A stretch of 64,000 nucleotides of DNA from Callorhinchus milii (Eukaryota), in the NCBI RefSeq assembly GCF_018977255.1, contig NW_024704839.1, positions 1 through 64,000 of the forward strand, in the 5' to 3' direction. Under the pieces are notes generated by a model. That model searched no databases. It was not told the origin of the DNA and worked only from the letters and a program-made list of their open reading frames with translations. The position numbers and the translations under genes are program-made. This document shows positions 59,201 through 64,000 of this stretch, piece after piece. Every line of letters begins with the position of its first letter. Within the stretch, counting starts at the first letter, position 1.

Positions 59201-62200
59201 ACACAGTCGTTTTAGGAGCAATCTCCGATCTTATGCAGTGTCGCAAACGACCCCAATCAGCAATTATTGAAAAGGCCGGCTTATTGAGTTACATGCACTT
59301 GGACGTATGATGCTGACTCATCTCAAGGTCTGGATCAAGAGGTATAAGAGCTCACGCCCATACCATCATGTCGCGTACGACTGGTAGATATGCAGACTCG
59401 ATACTTTTGTCGATGGGCCAGACTCACCGCTTGCTTTCCGGCATGTGTTGCCAAGTCTCGCTAAAAAGTTCTACAGTGTTATGTTTCAGAGTAGTGTAGC
59501 CAGTATTGATGGCTCCACAGGACCAACAAATGCGTACCAACGTTGTATACAGTTTCGAACTGAACACTCTGCTTGGTTAGCATGTTACCATATGATGCCT
59601 GAGCGCCTGGCTTGCATGGTCATGGTAATGGGCCTAAACCGATCAAGCATGGATATGTTGACTGAACATAAGCGTTGATATCAAATGAGTGTATCTGATG
59701 AATCCAAAGACGGGTAATGCATATACGACAATAGCCGTCAATCGAATCCCCAAGTGCTTGGTCTATTGAGTGGCTTCGCCACGAACAACGCATTCGATCG
59801 TGAATACTTGAAAAACTATGAATGTTAATGGCATAGGTTGATCCAAACATAAGTGATAACTTTTATTGTGGTGCGCTCTTTGATTATCGTTGGACCAGTC
59901 TCGGGGGGATGGTACCCAGAGAACCCATTGCTAATTTGCGTAGTGGGGATCTGCCAGCGTGATCGATACAACCTTCGAGACTAACAGGACGGGACTAGCG
60001 AAGTGGAGTGCCGATCAAATAGCTCGAACTTACGACCTGAAGCCCAGAATGTCATGGGTTCATTCGTGCGTAATGCATTCTAGGACGCTACCAGTGATCC
60101 TTCATTGACGACTATCCGGAGAAAGGTGCCAAATTCTTAATGCCCGAGGTTATCACCAGCAAGAATGTAAATGGATAGCATAATCAGTTCTGGTAGATAC
60201 GGTAAGCCACTCAATTTAGTTCCTGATGAGGTACTTTCCTCTATGAGATGTGAATCCCGCTCGGGCCGCCATGCTCCTCCGATACGTGTGGGGCGAGAAC
60301 GGGCCACGTAACGCAAAGCTTCTTTGGGATATACAAAGGTAGCTTGGGTTCCGAGTATAGTCTGCGATTTTACTTCGAACGATTATGAACGCTCAAAGCA
60401 GAGAAGAGCCCTCAGACTTGGGTACGTGACTAGTCCGAATAGGAGACACCGCTCGAATATTCACATTTTTATCGCTTCTGGCACGGCACTGATGATTGAG
60501 TCGGTGCATCGCCAAGATAGCATTTACCCCTATTACCCACTCTTGGACTAGCATGGCTCCTATTGGTGCCATGATAAATGGCACAAAATCTTCTGCTATG
60601 TTCCCGGTCGCTAGTCAGCAGGCTGTGATCCTCAGGTGATAATGATGACCTACGAGGAGTTACTGCCGGCCTGATTATAGCAGAAGACACGGTTGCTTAC
60701 ATCGTACCCATATTGCCTATAAGGTCGAGCATCAGGCATATCATAATCCGTAGGAGAATATAATTAAACTAGATTGCTGACCATTTTAGCTAAAAAGGGG
60801 GCGTTCTGTCGAGGTGAGGGCTATGAGAAAGCGGATAAGGCTAGGATTTTAGCTAGGCGCTCGGACTGTGAGAACAAACTGTGTGCGTGTCATTACCACG
60901 CAGGGGTAGACCGGATGTGGGGGTGACATCCTCATATAACCGCCGGAAAACCAGCATTCGGGTGTATCAGATATAGATCAAGAGACTGATAAAAACGGCC
61001 ACATAGAACGGTGAAATCAGAACGGTCTGATTGCGTGGCACAGGTAGCGTCTGTTCTCGATTACGCATCGTAGAAGACCCTACGTTTCATCGATCCGGAG
61101 GCAAGAAATAAGAGTGTACTGTCCCTATAGTATGATCGATTTCTCAGCACATACTAATCTCAACCCTAGCTTCACTCTTATTGTGGACAGTGTGCGGGGT
61201 CTTGACTATATTGAGCACGGTGCCAGCTTTGCCCAAAGGGAATGACCAGGCGTCCTAAGCGTCGATATGATGGTTCGGGACCTGTCACAACAAGCCGATC
61301 AAAGTTACTCCGAAAATGGTCCGCCTATGTGTCTGTATTGCGGGTTTACCAGGAGCGCTCACCTCCACCGAAGAGGCGACCTCGTAACCCCCGCGTTGAC
61401 AGGGTCCGGTGCCTCAGCTAGAGTGAGAGGCTAGGGAACTTAACTCTCCCAAAGAGGGGCGCGCTCGAGACCTCAGGAAAATAGATGGGTGGCAGCCTGC
61501 CAGACGTCTAAACCATAAAGGCATGACCCTTTAGACGATGACTGTGATCGATGGATTAGTGAAGCCAGCACCCGAGACAACATCAACCATTTGTTACGTA
61601 GCGGATGATTCGAGCTCTATCCTGCAGCCCGGATTGCGGTGGGTCGCGGCGCGCGGTGACTTCACTTGCTCCACATTGCAAATCTGGACTCGCTAGTCGC
61701 TCCCACAAAGGGACGTAATGAATGACTGGGATCGGCTCACTCAGGGAACACACCTACTCATATTTTCGACGCGGATTTCGTAGTGCCTGGGATATAACAC
61801 TTGCTTCCCGGCCAACAGATCTGGTGGATGTCTGCCGTACAAGCAGAGGGTTCCATAATCCTTACCAACGAACATCCGGAATCTTCTCTTTGGACCGTCG
61901 AGCGTTCTGACATCCGGAACCAATCAGCATAATGGAATATCGACAGTGTATCGTGACCATCTAATGCCCTATTTAAATATTCCACCACCGAGTCTAGACC
62001 ACGACCATCCCTAGAATATATACACCCTTTACCTGCTCTAAGTCCGGGGGTAAATAGAGCACAAGGCATCATTTTGATAGCCACGTTATTCTTTGAGACT
62101 AAGACACTACGTCCTATGAGTGCGCACTCTTCCCCGGGATATTCACACTACACAGATTGTATTGAACCCTCCAGGAGCGTAGTCACAACTTCGTTCATTA

Positions 62201-63594
62201 GCAACTGTTACGCTGAGTTTAAGAGGCTCATTTAGACGAATCATATAGCAATGATGAGACAATCGTTGTCTCCGTCTCTCAGTAGACTCCCGGAGATCTC
62301 TCCTTTTAAATCGAGCGGCGCTAAGAGCTTCCTGGGGCAAGAAAGTCGCCTCCCTGGCGTCCCCAGGGATATGCGGGAGCTGGAGTTTAATCCGTGAACT
62401 GAAACTGCTGCCGCCGCGGTACCCCCGTCCCCAAGACCCGTCCTATGAGGCGACCACGAGTCGGGCATAAGCCAGCGACCTTTGCTTTATACCACAGTGA
62501 TTGGATCCCTCATCGAAAGGGGCCGAGTCTGACGGGTGCCGTCCCTCTTGGATGATATTGGGGCATTTGTTACTGGCTCGGGAATGTGAGGCGGAATAGA
62601 AACTTAAACACAGATATACCGGAGTAGAGGCAGCCTTGAGTGGTATTGACTAGAGGCTCCGGTTCGTGTGTTTCGAGTGTTTCTAATGGTCAACTCTTCC
62701 TTTGTTGTTAGTTGGGATTCTGGCATATCTACTATGTAGGTTTCCGCGCTAGGGCCTGTCCAAACTAGTATAGGGATATAACAGATACTTAAATTGCGTG
62801 TAGTCTTATAATTTGTTCGCTAATCAGCCAAGTAAGTGTTCTAATATTAGACAAGGGTCTAAATTAGGGCCGAATCATTTGAAGAGTATGTTTGTGGGAG
62901 CTACAGTACACTTGTCAAAAATCGAGAACACAGCCATAAGCGCCGTCGAATCCTTACCCTCACCGGTGGATCGCAGTCGTGCCGATTATTGCGCGCACGT
63001 ACTACAAAAATGAGCAATCAGAACTAATGCATCGCACTCGGGGAACCACGTAATCCCTCAAAAATAGGCTCACAAGAAACCCCACATTGCGTCGCTACCG
63101 CCGCCTGCTTTCTCTACCGCGGTAAAAATTGACAGCTGTATTAACCGATCTTCTGTAGGATGCCAGAGCGCATGGGATTTTAGCCACTAAAGACCGAGGT
63201 TCCCTATTATTTAGATATTTTGGCGGAAACGCGCTCAGTGGTCCAGTTCTAATTTACGCGTTAAAGCAAAAAAGAGGGCCGTTGCACCTCGACGGTAGAC
63301 TCCTCACGCGGCATTCACTGAGGAACCGCAGGAATTGGGATCTCAGGCCGATAACTCGTCGATGTTGTATCACCAATGTGTAGAATCGGAAGATCTCGTA
63401 TCGGGCCTACTTGGGGGTTATCTGCCACTAGTCACATAAGCGTCCCGGAATGCCAAACTAGCCCTCACAGTTACGCGTAGGCACCATCCGTACGTCGGGT
63501 GCTCACAAACCAGACGCGAGACCTGGGTAGATATCGGTCAGCTAATTCCTTTAATGAGTCACATCGAGCGAAAGCAATCGCAATTGCTCTTCCT
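53206..63594. other. 10.4-kb featureless, random-like sequence; no annotation supportable
   Basis: Longest ORF is 123 aa with no motif. I see no microsatellites, long homopolymers or copies of the window's repeats, and base composition looks roughly even. Confidence 0.7.
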
Positions 63595-63920
63595 ACATGC
63601 AGTCATGCAAATATCTGATTTAACACAGCACAGCAAAACCAGTTTCACCATTCAATTCCGCTCGTCCAGGCGAGTAGAATTCAATTACATTGATTCGATG
63701 CGACGTTTCTTATGGGATATAATAAGCGACAACATTTGGACCCCAAACGAAGAGGATTCTGGGATGTTTGTGGTTTTTTGACAATAACTCTGGATGGAAT
63801 AGTCGCAGACTCATCAAGGGGGTACTCGTACTACTCGCCTCGTCGAGCGGCATCAAAATATATGAGTGGTTAAGCTGTGGGAAGTGAAATAGACGAGCGA
63901 CCAATAAAACACTATGTAAT
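63595..63920. repeat. Partial monomer of the 364-bp satellite
   Basis: Matches the array sequence from ACATGCAGTC to ACTATGTAAT. Confidence 0.95.
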
Positions 63921-64000
63921 CAGTCCCTCCAGAAAAACGCGATTATGCGATCGCAAGATTCCACGCAAAATCAGCCAAAGTCCGCATATTTATGCGGGGG
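63921..64000 (+). mobile_element. Left terminus of a probable hAT-type non-autonomous element inserted in the satellite
   Basis: The satellite stops abruptly at CAGTCCCTCCAGAAAAACGCG..., a CAG-starting end with repeated TTATGCG/CCGCAT subterminal motifs. The other end is outside the window. Confidence 0.55.

Overview
Eukaryotic, vertebrate-type DNA with two N gaps (835-1078, 53176-53205). Lamprey origin is an inference from V-SINE-like repeats, GC-rich codons and a 364-bp EcoRI satellite. Left to right: one CLUH exon cut by a gap; LINE, SINE and LTR debris; a long GT-rich minisatellite; a minus-strand, ~13-exon DYRK class-2-derived kinase gene (~12.4-23.7 kb) with a rewired activation loop, a 16-aa C-terminal tandem repeat and apparent lesions; a complete, very young Gypsy LTR retrotransposon (29797-37888); a four-finger C2H2 zinc-finger gene (38274-42677, minus); a near-intact hAT transposon (43271-46035); ~20 copies of a 364-bp satellite; ~10.4 kb of featureless, random-looking sequence (53206-63594) that I suspect is not native; one more satellite monomer; and the start of another TIR element. 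The most striking recurring structure is a family of about ten short insertions. Most are asymmetric palindromes with 12-16 bp target-site duplications, and many carry minimal type-I hammerhead ribozyme motifs with covarying stems, often on both strands, which matches Penelope-like retroelement termini.
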